Positions 11,161 to 24,195 are shown, counted from the first letter of the whole stretch. The stretch: 63,697 nt of DNA, filler included, from Octopus bimaculoides (GCF_001194135.2; 4 parts of 4 records of this genome joined end to end with filler, not necessarily neighbours in it); one strand, 5' to 3'. Numbers and translations: made by a program. The notes: generated by a model not told the origin, from the sequence alone.

Positions 11161-11900
11161 TAATTTCGTTTATTTATTGAGAAGGCTCATTCGTACATAC
11201 ATTAAACTCAATTATAAAAGTATTACAAAAATGTATAGGTTTACAAGCAAAATTATATTTGAGAAACGCGTGGAGCGGAACATTCGTCTTACAGTAATTA
11301 AGATATGCTTAACATTTAAAAATTGCACACAATAGTTACACAAAATTGTCATTAGGTAAATTGGTAAAGTACAGTTATAATAATAATAAAAGAATATAAT
11401 TTAATGAAAATAGAATAACTTTAATCTCCTCTACCATCCATTTCTGAACGTAGTTGCTGGTTCCAAAAGTAATTGCGAGCAGTTTTAAATCAGAATGGCC
11501 AAGGAAATGCCAGTATTCTGTAAAGATTTATATAAAATACTTTGTATCATTGTTCGTAGATTTTTATTAAAATCTTGCCTTCTGCATGCCCTTATTTTCG
11601 GAACATATCTCCGCACCAAATTGCGTTGAATTTGTTCAGAAATGGCCGTCTAGATATTATCTTTTCCTCCAGTTTTTTTTGTTTGTTATGCATAGTTCTG
11701 TGAACTTTGAATGCGCATTGTCCTGTAGCACACTGAGCACAATGTTTGTTTGATATATTATGTATGCTGTGTTGAGTTTGAGTCAGGGTTAAGCAAGCTA
11801 CTATAAGAATTTTTATATTCGCCACAGATTCTAGGCCTGATGTTATCTCGCGCAACCTCACATATAAAGAAACTGCCAAAATAAAGACTTGGCGTCCTCT
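11161..11900 (-). mobile_element. Highly decayed CR1/L2-like LINE 3' end
   Basis: HSIHNISNK...IISRRPFLNKFNAIWCG loosely matches the post-RT HI..I..KA...RP.LEY...IW motif; ends CAATAAATAAA next to a (TAG/CAG)n tract. Confidence 0.45.
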
Positions 11901-12402
11901 TCAAGGTCAGAAAATATGCTAATATGACTACTTCAGATGAGACACATATTTGATTACTACTCACTTCTCACAACTGGGACGGTACTGTCTTACATTCATA
12001 AATAAAGAAAACAGTCGAAAACAATCCCATTCAGTTAGCTAGCGGGGTCACTCTCATCAAAAAATATATAACAACTGACTGCCAGACGTGATGATTCTTT
12101 TACTGAGGATCTTGTTGCTCGTCTAGCTTGATGCATACCTCTTCCAGCCAAGCCCCTACGATACCTTTATTGTGTCCCTTAATTGTTCAATCTAATACTT
12201 TACATAACAATTTTTTTTCTTTAGATATGTAACCCTCTAGAATTCTCTCCCTTTCTATTTTTTTTACCTGCACATGTCGGCAGCCTACAGAAATTCAAAC
12301 TGAACATTAACAGATCGATCTTACTATTCTGTCACTACCAAAAATGTTTGCTGGTGATGCTCATTCACTTAGCAAAAACAAAACAAGAACAATAAAAAAA
12401 AT

Positions 12403-12620
12403 AATGGTTTCAAATTCTGGAACAGGACCAGCAGGTTTTCAGGGGAGCTGTTGATTACATACATTAACCCCAGTATTTGACTGGTACTTATTTTATTGAC
12501 CCTGAAAAGATGAAAGGCAAAGCTGACTTCGGCGGAATTTCACCTCAAAACATAAAGACGGACGAAATGCCGTTAAGCATTTGCTCCGGCGTGCTAACAA
12601 CTCTGCCAGTTTGCCGCCTT
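12403..12620 (-). mobile_element. Family-A SINE
   Basis: Reverse complement of A head, central domain and GAAACCATTATT tail. Confidence 0.85.
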
Positions 12621-14535
12621 AGTAAAACTAATAATGATTACATACATCAGCTCAACCCCGCATATTCATACGCTTATTTTCCCGTTGAAATGGCGCGTGA
12701 CGTAATTGCTTATAATTATAAGGTAAAGGGCTATGATTCCGGGCCCTAGACGTGCGTTATATCCTGGAATAAAATACTCTATCTCAATTCTCTTCTTTCC
12801 ATCTAGATGGCAAAAAGTTTTAAGACTAACGTAGCACCCACTCAGCGTTAAATTCACGTGGCAGCTTTACGATCAAACCCTCTTATGCATGAAAAGAGAT
12901 ACACTCGGCAGTGGACTGCTACATTGTATGTTCATTCCTTACCTTTATATTCTGGAACCTTGAAAAGAAAAAATAGACAAAATTTCTTCAAAAACATTGG
13001 AACTTAAAGAGTAAATTGAAACTAAGTACTATCCGATATTCTGCCATTCCTTCCACTCAACCGTGCAGTGACAATATAATCAATTCCCTGAATACGTTAA
13101 ATAAACCACAAACCTGCATGAATTAATCATTTCCATTTTCATATTATATATCGATATAGGTTTTATAGAATCTAGATTACAATTGTTAGAATTTCCAGTA
13201 AGCTGACAACGGTGTGCATAGTGTCCCATTCAGTTTGGTTGAGTGGTAATTGTCACTCTGAATTATTTTCAACTTAGTTTACTGAAAATACAGATCCAAA
13301 GTGTTGTAATAAATTTAATCGGAAATCTGTTTGCGCTATGCCTTCTGCATCTAAACATTTATTTAATCCTTATTCAGCAAATAAGTGCTCTTTGCGATGA
13401 CAATACAGACGCCAAATTTATATTTCGTTCTAATATCAGCTTTGACATAAAGTCGGCATAGAGTTGTTGCAAAATAATTGGTTCTTACAGCTTTCATATC
13501 CAATTAATAGTAGACAATTTACTGATGAGTTTAGTTCTGTAATTGGTTTATTACTTCTTGTTCAGACTGAACTTTTGATTTCCCTGTTGGCATTTTCGTA
13601 AAAGGACATTATTTTTGCTTTAGAATTTTGTCTATATGAGAAATAATTAAATTAATGATGCTTAAGAACTTGTAGCTGTGTCAAAATGTTTTTAGTTCAT
13701 GCATAATCTAAGCATACATTGCAACCTATAGATACAAACACAAAATGTGCAGTTAGTATATATTAAAATTCACATCAGTGAAAGCTAAAGACTTTAGAAT
13801 GTTATACTATATTTTGGCACGAAGGGTTCTTCATCGCGTCTATATCGACTTGAAGAATTATTGGATCTATAACACAGACATGCCACAATCTTAAGTAAGA
13901 TCTTGGTTATCAAATTACATGCAACTGATATTTTTGGTTTTTAATAATTACATTTGCTATTTCCGCTTTCTCTTCAGTATAGTGGAGAGATAAAATTTGA
14001 ATCTACCTTAGGTGCTAACATGAAGCCTATCAACCAGACAACTAGGTTGCAGTAATGTTTCTTAAAGTAGGTTGAAGACTATTAAAAGGATGAGGTAACA
14101 CGTGAAAGCGATATAGGAACACTTGTATGTAAAATGGCATTTCCTGTCTATTTAAGAAATATTGTTAAATCTAGAACATTAGTAATGATGCGAATTTACA
14201 GCCGTTACCTAAATCGGCTTCAACTGAGTTTAGAGAGAATACATTAACAACGCGGTTAATGTTTTTAAAATATGAATTACCTTGTTTACTTGCCAAGAAC
14301 AGATATCTGATATGGTATTCGAGCACATTTAATGATAGACTAAAATATAAAAAAATAATAAATAATAAATAAAAAAACACACACACAACTTTTTCTTTGT
14401 TATACTTTGCTTAACTTTTCAGTGTATTTATTTACAGATTTATGGTTTGGCAGGAAACGAGAAACCATTTTATTTTGCTTTATAATGTTTTCCATTGGCT
14501 CTGTAAAATTAGGCCTTTGGTGCTTAAAGCTACTA

Positions 14536-14571
<36 letters not shown>

Positions 14572-14969
14572 ATTTTGTTTGTTTATACGAATTTTAGAAA
14601 ATATTACAGTTTAGGTTACCGTTTAGAAGAATGCTACATCCAAATTTAATTTACTTTTGTTTATATTTTTTTCCCTTTTACAAAGCAGATAAATCTGATT
14701 GAATGTTATGTTTTAAATAAATACAATAACCACATCTATATGGTTTTCTATTTAATCTACTATTACTATTGTTTGCTTTTTATTTTCAGTAATTTGCCTC
14801 CTCGGTATAATATTATTGGTTAATTCAGATATTTTGAAATGTTAATTACAGTTCAAATTAACGTATAGGATATTGCACTTTAGAATAATTAATTCTAAAT
14901 ATATAATTTTTCCAGTTTAATACCTATTGTGATCAACTCTACTTTTGTTTGATATAAGCTAATTGATGT

Positions 14970-15195
14970 TATTGTTGTTCTTGTCTAACCTCAGGTTAAT
15001 TCTAATCCCGCAAACATATGATCAAAGGCGTTCCAAGTATGACCGTCTAGTCTTATGTTCAGATATCACTATATCTGAACATAAGACTGCAGTATCCTAT
15101 GTGCCCTTTATATATGTGTAAGTCAGCAGATTTTTGTTTAAAGAAAATTTACCTCCTATTTCTAGCAGATCTATCGACTGCATAGAGGCTCTCTC
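14970..15195. repeat. Family-G old repeat copy containing a perfect 18-bp palindrome
   Basis: ATATGATCAAAGGCGTTCC and CTATTTCTAGCAGATC blocks; hairpin at 15049-15088. Confidence 0.6.
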
Positions 15196-16010
15196 ATTTG
15201 CTCGTTTTGTCGAAACTATTGAGAGCTAAGCGTTTGTTGACTCAAACTATTAATATTAGGAAACGAGTGTTGACGGAATTCTCCATTCTTTTAATTCAAA
15301 CAAATTGTTTCTATAGATTTCAGAAAGAAATGTTTTATTCAGTAATATCAATGAATGGTATGCAGCAGCTCAATTATAATTAATGTAATTATCTGAAACT
15401 TAGTTAACATTAATAAATAGAACGATCTATTACTATCATATTTCTCTGTTTCCCCTGTATGAATATGAAAATACATTTTGATGACTGAAAGTTTATTTTT
15501 TGATTGTTTGATGAAAATATGAACAATATAAAATAAAGAAATTAGCGAACCTATTTTGTCTCTTCTCACACCAGGTTGATAAATACGTACTAATTATGTA
15601 TTAGCGTATTACTCTGTCGATTATATCTCTTATTTACAAATACATGGCCTTATGTTACTATAGGTATCTTAAATATTTGCATTGAGATTGAACATAATAA
15701 ATATCTAGCGCTTAGAATCAGTTAGCAGTAGATAGTTGCTACCTTACTGTGGTCTTATATATTAGTTAAAAACATTATAGGGAGTTGTCATTTTTCTTTA
15801 TTTAAAAGTCAGATGTGGTGAGAGTCTAAGAGACAGAAATAAGTCCTTAGAGATCCATGACTGTGTAAGTAGTCCCTTTCAGTAAGATATACATATCACA
15901 AAATGCCAACAACAATAACTGCAATAACTATAAATATGTGTGGCCCTGTTCCTAAAACAAAAAGCCAAGAAAAATTCAGCAGAATCAATTATGCATTAGT
16001 TATATCTATA

Positions 16011-16245
16011 CTCTTTTACTCTTTTACTTGTTTCAGTCATTTGACTGCGGCCATGCTAGGACACCGCCTTTAGTCGAGCAAATCGACCCCAGGACTTATT
16101 TTTTGTAAGCCTAGTACTTATTCTATCGCCTCTTTTGTCGAACCACTAAGTTACGGGGACGTAAATATACCACCATCGGTTGTCAAGCGATGTTGGGGGG
16201 ACAAACACAGACACACAAACACACACATACACAAACACACATACT

Positions 16246-16307
<62 letters not shown>

Positions 16308-16458
16308 NNNNNNNNNNGTCTACCAAATCCACTCACAAGGCTTTGGTCGGCCAGAGGCTATAGTAGAAGACACTTGCCCAAGGTGCCACGCAGTGGGACT
16401 GAACCCGGAACCATGTGGTTGGTAAGCAAGCTACATACCACACAGCCACTCCTACGCC
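16011..16458 (-). mobile_element. Full-length family-B SINE (10-N gap inside)
   Basis: Head GGAGTGGCTGTGTGG...GGGTTCAGTCCC, internal TA/TG tract, tail AAACAAGTAAAAGAG. Confidence 0.92.
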
Positions 16459-16748
16459 CATGTTAATGTTAATATTTAACAACTGTTTTAAATTTGCTCT
16501 GGGATTTATTTAAACCAGTTATAGTCCCTTCACCAGTGCCGAAGTGTAACCCAGCTATTCTCTACCTTTCTGGGCTTCTGCTTCCCCATCTCAAACTGCG
16601 GGTTTTAAATTTCTGGCATTGATCTCTCCAGTAAAACACGAACAGACAGTTACAAAATAACTTGTTATTGGACATCTACATGGCTGATCATTCTGACATA
16701 CTGGAAAAAGCTTTAGAATCAAAGCCCTGAAATTAATTTCTATAGGAA

Positions 16749-18062
16749 CTAATGGCATTCTTCAGCTTGGGGCTCTTCTACAAGTTTTATGATATCGGGT
16801 TCCAAATTGGAGTGTGATAGTCATTACTCCTTTTTGCAATATCAGTTTTGGTGCTGGATCTTTCAAATGTAATTGTTTTACTGACGCTTCTTTGAAAGAA
16901 ACATTGTGAAAATGACAATAAAATTCATTTGAGTTGTCTTTTAAATTGATGGAAATATATCTGGAACTAAAATTGTTTTGAAATTGACTGAACTTATGGC
17001 GTGCAATTAAATCTCTCTGAAGATCAATGAAACTTCCTTGGAATTTTGCCCAAATTGGGTGAGTAGCACTTTATATGAAATCGAAATCCGATCCAGAATA
17101 CCGAGGCTTAATCAACCATTATATATTTCATGCATATATTTGTGCATCCACTTGAGACATTTCACATAAATGGTAAGGCCATCATCTATAAGTGCATCTG
17201 CCGTTATCTTCAGATCCAAAAATTGCAAAATTCCTAGCGTTCTTTTTTAATGAAAGAAATAATCACTTCCTTACGAGGCTGCTATTTTTGCTATGTAAAA
17301 TCTTGCTTAAAAAATAATTTTCTGAAAGTTGCCTGCAAATAAAAAAAATATGTCTGTTTTAACACCAACGCATCTTTCTTCTTTCTCTTTATCATAAACA
17401 AAGGACGTTGTGCAGTTCCAGAGAATAACAAAAAATTAAAACAGTTTCTGTTGGAAAACCACCTGACCTCAGTAAGCTGCAATAATGTTTGAATGTCTTC
17501 CGCATATTCTTCACACATTTGCCATAAAAGACAATTCTGAAGGGTTTGGGACTGGAAGTTTTCAAACTTTATGATAATTCAAAGCAAGAGACTGAGTCAT
17601 CCTTCTAAATTTAGCTACTCGATACTACATGTGATTTACATGGTGTATGGTAAAAGAGGGAAGATCTAACTTTTTGGACAGATGATGAATTATTAGTATC
17701 GCTCAAGCATCGCCATAATTATTTGCTGTAGCAATTATATTCTCTATTGAAACATTTCTCTCGTTTAAGTAACATTTGATTTCTCCAAAATCCTTTACTA
17801 TTAATCATCCTGGTACACAATATCTCTCCTGTCAGTTCGTGAACCTCACATCAGCCACGAGAAAAAGCGTCACTCGCTTTCTTGTGAAATAGTTTCATCT
17901 AAATGTAAATGGAGTTTCTTGGATTGAAGTAAGTTGACCAATCCCTCTTCATTGTTCCTTTTTATTTTCATGATATCATTATGGGTACCGAAAGCAGAAT
18001 AAGCGACACGTTAACTTTATAAACTTTCCCAGCTTTAGTAATTAGTTTACTAATTTTGTAAG
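16749..18062 (-). mobile_element. hAT (Buster/ZBED5-SCAND3-like) transposase pseudogene
   Basis: Collinear degraded motifs ISKLITKAGK, LHLDET, IENIIATA, FTIHHVNH, LLQLTEVRWFS and NLEPDIIKLV...H*; many stops and frameshifts. Confidence 0.8.
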
Positions 18063-18077
18063 AAGTAATGAGTAAGA

Positions 18078-18311
18078 GTGGAGGCGCGATGGCCCAGTGG
18101 TTGGGACAGCGGCTCGCGGTCGGTGGATCGTGGTTTCGATTCCCAGACCCGGCGTTGTGTGTGTTTATTGAGTGAAAACACCTAAAAGCTCTACGAGGCT
18201 CTGGCAGGGAGTGGTGGCGACCCCTGTTGTACACTTTCGCCCCAACTTTCACTCTTTCTTCCTGTTTCTTGAGTAACGCTGGGATGGACTGGCGTCCCGT
18301 CCTGCTGGGGG
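18078..18311 (+). mobile_element. SINE, C head with C2 module, truncated by an N gap
   Basis: Same sequence type as 2834-3108. Confidence 0.88.
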
Positions 18312-19842
18312 NNNNNNNNNNNNNNNNNNNNNNNNNNNNNNNNNNNNNNNNNNNNNNNNNNNNNNNNNNNNNNNNNNNNNNNNNNNNNNNNNNNNNNNNN
18401 NNNNNNNNNNNNNNNNNNNNNNNNNNNNNNNNNNNNNNNNNNNNNNNNNNNNNNNNNNNNNNNNNNNNNNNNNNNNNNNNNNNNNNNNNNNNNNNNNNNN
18501 NNNNNNNNNNNNNNNNNNNNNNNNNNNNNNNNNNNNNNNNNNNNNNNNNNNNNNNNNNNNNNNNNNNNNNNNNNNNNNNNNNNNNNNNNNNNNNNNNNGT
18601 GTTTAACTATGTATGTATATATCAAACATATTTGAAGAGATGGTGCTCGCGAGAATGCAACGAGCGCGTGTGATAAATAAACTAAGCGTACAGTAAACAG
18701 ACTGCCTACGATCGTGTTCAAAAACCTAGTTAATAATAAGTTGAGGAATCTCTATCCTCTCTTTAATTAAGGACATTTTTCGTATTGCTATCGGGCAAAA
18801 TCTTTCTCCGAGAATTTCTTAACATAACATTCTTGACTTCTTTCAATGCTGTTGTAACAATAAAAATAACTCCTTTAATAACCGACTAGCAAAATTAAAT
18901 TGCAGTATTAGAATTCACTAATTTCTCACGAATATGACCCTCTAGAGCAATTTCTGGTGTTTAATCAACCCTCTGATGCATGGGTTTTATCGATGGTGTT
19001 ACACTGGAAGGTAGATACGTGGCAGAAATATTTCCACAAAGCATTTGTGATGCTGGTGGATGGACACTACAATTGTAAATATAGCTCTCCCACTAATACT
19101 ATAGGCTTCTTGTATTTTTCAATAAAACGCTTCATATTGTTAGCATTAATCTGCAGTAGCTGTAATACTGTATTCATAATTACGCAAGATAAACACTCGT
19201 ACAAATCACTGTTTCATTCACATTATAAATTTGTAAATGAGTTAAATCATATATTCTACCCAGGTCATCAAATATGAAATTGTATTTTCCCAAGCTTCAA
19301 TGTCTGTTGAGTTTTTACGCCAGATAAATTATGTTTACGACTGTCATGTCTTTAAACCACCCAGCCGAAAATATTACAAACCTTCGTGATTATCATATTT
19401 CGTGAAACTCCTTGGCCTTTTTGAATGACCATTGGCCCTGGAATCGACATACGCTCGGATCGCTTGGCACTAAACTACTTAAATAACACTGTGCATAATT
19501 CTGTCAATTTTGATTTTAGTAATGTTTGTTGCACATGGTTACATTTACTTGTCTCTGAATCAGCCATAAATTGCATTAACCGGTCCTTACGTTTCTTAAT
19601 GTCATAAGTCGTTGAAGAATTTATGTTATATACACGCATGAACGCATGAAGCCGGCCGATTTTTATCTTATTTCAAACGCTGAGTTATTATAATTTTCTG
19701 GTGCAGTGATAGAGTGGCATGCTTTCTTGTCATGTCTTTTCCAACTTGATCAGCTTTATAACATTGGGAGCGATTTTCAGTAATGGATAGACAATATACG
19801 AGTAGATAAACGTGGACATGCGTATATTTGTGCGTGTTCATA

Positions 19843-19962
19843 TATGGTTTCAAGTTCAGTCCCATCGCGCGGCACCTTAGAGCAAGTGTCTTCTACTACA
19901 GCTCCGAGCCAACCAATATCTTCTGAGTGAATTTGGTCGACGGAAACTGTGTCTAAGTCCGC
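19843..19962 (+). mobile_element. Diverged family-B SINE head fragment
   Basis: GTTCAGTCCC...GGCACCTTAGAGCAAGTGTCTTCTACT...GACGGAAACTG. Confidence 0.75.
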
Positions 19963-19972
19963 CATCTTTCTT

Positions 19973-20027
<55 letters not shown>

Positions 20028-20272
20028 GTCTGTCTGCCTGTCTGTCTGTCTGTCTGTATATATNNNNNNNNNNNNNNNNNNNNNNNNNNNNNNNNNNNNN
20101 NNNNNNNNNNNNNNNNNNNNNNNNNNNNNNNNNNNNNNNNNNNNNNNNNNNNNNNNNNNNNNNNNNNNNNNNNNNNNNNNNNNNNNNNNNNNNNNNNNNN
20201 NNNNNNNNNNNNNNNNNNNNNNNNNNNNNNNNNNNNNNNNNNNNNNNNNNNNNNNNNNNNNNNNNNNNNNNN

Positions 20273-20304
<32 letters not shown>

Positions 20305-20351
20305 TCAATATGTATATCCACACCCTCGTATAAACACTTATATAAGTGCAG

Positions 20352-20564
20352 AAGGCAGTGAACTGGTAGAACCGTTAGCGTGCCGCCCAAAATGCTTACC
20401 GACATTTCTTCTCACTTTATGTTTAGGGTTCAAATTGCGCCGAGGTTGACCTTAACTTTCATCTTTTTGGAGTCGATAAAATAAATACCAGTTGAACAGC
20501 GGCTTCGATATAATCACCTTGACACCATCTTAAAACCGCTGGCTTCGTGCCAAATTTTGAAACC
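20352..20564 (+). mobile_element. Diverged family-A SINE
   Basis: A head, central GTCGATAAAATAAATACCAG and tail GTGCCAAATTTTGAAACC. Confidence 0.8.
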
Positions 20565-20700
20565 ATCAAACGACTGTATTTTGCATGTTGTTTGATGGTG
20601 TGCTTAAAAATGCATCTGTGAATGTGATCTTGTGTTTGACTGACATAAGGGAAAATGAACGCCAGAGTTTATTTTCCTATTAGTATGAAATATTTTTCAG

Positions 20701-20741
20701 TTATACACTACTTGTTTTGCTAACGATGGAATTCTTCCGAG
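20701..20741 (+). CDS. Candidate 41-nt internal exon, hypothetical
   Basis: Acceptor TATTTTTCAG ending 20700, donor CCGAG/GTGAGT at 20742; two frames open (YTLLVLLTMEFFR or LYTTCFANDGILP). Confidence 0.3.
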
Positions 20742-21145
20742 GTGAGTGTGAACATATTCTTATTTTTGTATACAGCCTCTTTATTCATAATAAGACATTT
20801 TTCTCTGTTTTCGATTAAAAGAGGAAGCTGAAACTAATAGCATAATGTAATTGGCTGTGAAATGGTATTTGACGTCAATGCTAATTACAATTATTAGTCT
20901 GGAATCCTTCAAGTGGCATGAATTATAACACTGTACTTTGTTTGCATTCGCACGGAATCCAAAAGGAAGAGAAAAAAAAAGATAAAAATCATGTAACATT
21001 GAATAACAATGAGATGTTATTTCCTGTTTTATTCATAAGTTACGAAATATATTTTGCCAGATCCCTATTTGTAATTATGTTAACTGTATGTGTTGTAGAA
21101 TGTAGTGTTGCACTTTGAACAAGTCAGTATTGGATTATTATAAGG

Positions 21146-21531
21146 TTGTTTTTGGCACTCCGTCGCTTACGACGACGAGAGTTCCAGTTGATCCGATCAA
21201 CAGAACAGCCTGCTCGTGAAATTAAGGTGCAAGTGGCTGAGTACTGCACAGACACGTGTACGCTTAACATAGTTCTCGGGGATATTCAGCGTGACACAGT
21301 GTGACAAGGCTGGCCCTTTGAAATACAGGTACAACAGAAACAGGAAGAAGGAGCGAGAGAAATTTGTGGTGAAAGAGTACAGCAAGGTTCGCCACCATCC
21401 CCTGCCGGAGCCTCGTGGAGCTTTAGGTATTTTCGCTCAATAAACACTCACAACGCCCGGTCTGGGAATCGAAACCGCGATCCTATGACCGCGAATCCGC
21501 TGCCCTAACCACTAGGCCATTGCGCCTCCAC
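21146..21531 (-). mobile_element. Full-length family-C SINE with ~10-bp target-site duplication
   Basis: A box TGGCCTAGTGG, B box GTTTCGATTCC, tail GACGGAGTGCCAAAAACAAC; flanks TATTATAAGG (21136-21145) and TGTTATAAGG (21532-21541). Confidence 0.93.
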
Positions 21532-21671
21532 TGTTATAAGGAAAATAGCCTTCAAGTCAATATATGAGAGCGGAGATATGTGATTTGGCGATATTCGTGC
21601 CTTACGTTGAGAACATGACTTATCTAAGTTAAAACAAACAAAATTATGCATGTATATATGTATGCATGTGT

Positions 21672-21988
21672 GAAGGTTCGTGGCTTACTGATTAGGATAT
21701 TCGGCTCACAACCCAAAGATCATGAGTTCGATTCCCGGCAGCGCGTTGTCTCCTTCAACAAGACACTTTATTTCACGTTGCCCCAGTCCAAATCAGCTGG
21801 TAGAAATGAGTAGTATCTGTATTTCAAAGGACCAGCCTTGTCACATTCTGTGTCACGTTGAATCTTGCTGAGAACTACGTTTAGTGTGCCTGTGTAGTGC
21901 TTGGCCATTTGCACGTTAATTTCACAAGCAGGCTGTTCCATTAATCGTGCCGACTGGAACCCTCGTCGACATAACAGACGGAGTGCCA
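21672..21988 (+). mobile_element. Family-D SINE: distinct tRNA head joined to the family-C 3' module
   Basis: Head GAAGGTTCGTGGCTTA...GAGTTCGATTCCC, centre CAAGACACTTTATTTCACGTTG, then the C-type CAAAGGACCAGCCTTGTCAC...GACGGAGTGCCA. Confidence 0.85.
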
Positions 21989-22093
21989 TTTATGTATGCA
22001 TACATGCATGTAATACACCCACTCACACACACACCCACACATACACACACACACACACACACACATACACACATACATGTATATATATGTATC

Positions 22094-22326
22094 AAGGCGG
22101 CGAGCTGGCAGAAACGTTAACACACCGGGCGAAATGCTTAGCAGTATTTCGTCTGCCGCTACGTTCTGAGTTCAAATTCCGCCGAGGTCGACTTTGCCTT
22201 TCATCCTTTCGGGGTCGATTAAATAAGTACCAGTTACGCACTGGGGTCGATATAATCGACTTAATCCATTTGTCTGTCCTTGTTTGTCTCCTCTGTGTGT
22301 AGCCCCTTGTGGGCAGTAAAGAAATA
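22094..22326 (+). mobile_element. Family-A SINE, long-tail subfamily, low divergence
   Basis: Near-consensus head and centre; tail GCCCCTTGTGGGCAGTAAAGAAATA as in 1256-1491. Confidence 0.93.
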
Positions 22327-22690
22327 ACACATACATGTATATATACACACACACACGCATATACACATGACATTTATATATGTGACAGAAAAGCGTTCTC
22401 TGTTAATATAAAATCCATTTATATATATGATATATTCATTAAACAGCTAAATTTCTGAATGTTTATTTTTGCTGAATCATAATCTATTTATTAGCTCCCA
22501 GCTCTTCAAATTCAACATAATATTAGGTCAGTCTGATAAACATTCGCCATAATAGAATATATAATTGCCAACTAGATTCAGATACAAAACTTATAATTTT
22601 TATGTCTATAATGATAATAATATAATGATTGATGATGACCGTGATGTTAATAGTACTAATATTATCAGAGATAATTCAAATAATGATGTT

Positions 22691-22906
22691 ATTGATTTCA
22701 AATTTTGGTGCAAAGCCAGCAGTTTTTGGGAAGAGGATATGTCGATTACATTGATCCCAGTGTTCAACTGGTACTAATTTTATCGATCTCGAGAAGATAA
22801 AAGGCAAAGTCGACCTCGGCGGAATTTGAACTCGGGTTATTAAGACAGACGAAATGCCGCTAAGAATTTTGTCCAACGTAATAACGATTCTGCCAGCTCG
22901 CCGCCT
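22691..22906 (-). mobile_element. Family-A SINE
   Basis: Reverse complement of A head and centre. Confidence 0.88.
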
Positions 22907-22946
22907 CAAATGATGATGATGATGATGATGATATTAAAGTACATTA

Positions 22947-23159
22947 AAAGGCGGTGAGCTGGCGGAATGGTTAGCAGGCTGGGCAAAATACTTAGAGGCA
23001 TTTCGTCCGTCTTTACGTTCTGAGTTCAAATGCCGCCGAGGTTGACTTTACCGTTCACCCTTTCGGAGTTGATGAAATAAGCACCAGTTGAACACTGGGA
23101 TCAATATAATCGACTTTACATCTCCCGAAATTACTGGCCTTGTGCCAAAATTTGAAATC
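22947..23159 (+). mobile_element. Family-A SINE with perfect 17-bp target-site duplication
   Basis: GATATTAAAGTACATTA at 22930-22946 and 23160-23176. Confidence 0.93.
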
Positions 23160-23353
23160 GATATTAAAGTACATTACAGTAAGCAGTTACTCATGAGCGA
23201 GTATAGCTTCGTAAGCATTAACCATGGTTTCTCTAATTATTGTAGTCGCGAGCAAATATAGATGTCCTGTCGCCACCCTGACCTTTGACCCAGCAGGACA
23301 TCTAGATAGTGATAGCTGGATGGAGGAAGAGCTGTATACCTAACCGACATTCA

Positions 23354-23745
23354 GTGGACGCGCAATGGCCCAGTGGTTAGGGCAGCGGACTCGCGGTCAT
23401 AGGATCGCGGTTTCGATTCCCAGACTGGGCGTTGTGAGTGTTTATTGAGCGAAAACACCTAAAGCTCCACGTTGCTCCGGCAGGGGATGGTGTCGAACCC
23501 TGCTGTACTCTTCCACCACAACTTTCTCTCACTCTGACTTCCTGTTTCTGTTGTACCTGTAATTCAAAGGGTCAGCCTTGTCACACTGTGTCACGCTGAA
23601 TATCCCCGAGAACTACGTTAAGGGTACACGTGTCTGTGGAGTGCTCAGCCACTTGCACGTTAATTTCACGAGCAGGCTGTTCCGTTGATCGGATCAACTG
23701 GAACCCACGACGTCGTAAGTGACGGAGCGCCAACAACAACAACAA
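23354..23745 (+). mobile_element. Full-length family-C SINE with (CAA)n tail
   Basis: A and B boxes, complete body, GCCAACAACAACAAC end. Confidence 0.93.
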
Positions 23746-24195
23746 TGATGATAATTGTAATGATGGTAATAATGCCAGTAATCGTGATAAAAATATCATG
23801 ATAGTCACAATGACGATAATAATAATGATAATAGTAATAGTAATTATGATAATAAATGTAATTATGATGATAACAGTAATTATTTAGCTATTTTCGTTTG
23901 CTCAACGCCAATAGTACTCTTTATTTATTTGTTAAACGGAAACAAACAGCGTTTCAGATTTATAATAGAGTGAGAAAAAATTCGAAAAACAAGCAAAAAC
24001 AAACCACCAGAAAACTGACGACATTGAAATATGATCCGTCTGTCCATCTACTCTTTCTGTAGTCTTACCCACGATTTTCACATGGTGAAAGCAGCGCAAT
24101 CTCAGACCTGAGCCTGGCCAGAAAGTTTGCGCCAACGTTGAGGATACTCCGTAACCAAAGGATTGTGCTAAACCTGGTAATAGATTAGGGTAACA

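Noticed and set aside
21146-21531. tRNA gene calls for SINE heads
   Set aside because: They have A/B boxes but no complete cloverleaf and continue into SINE bodies with tails and target-site duplications.
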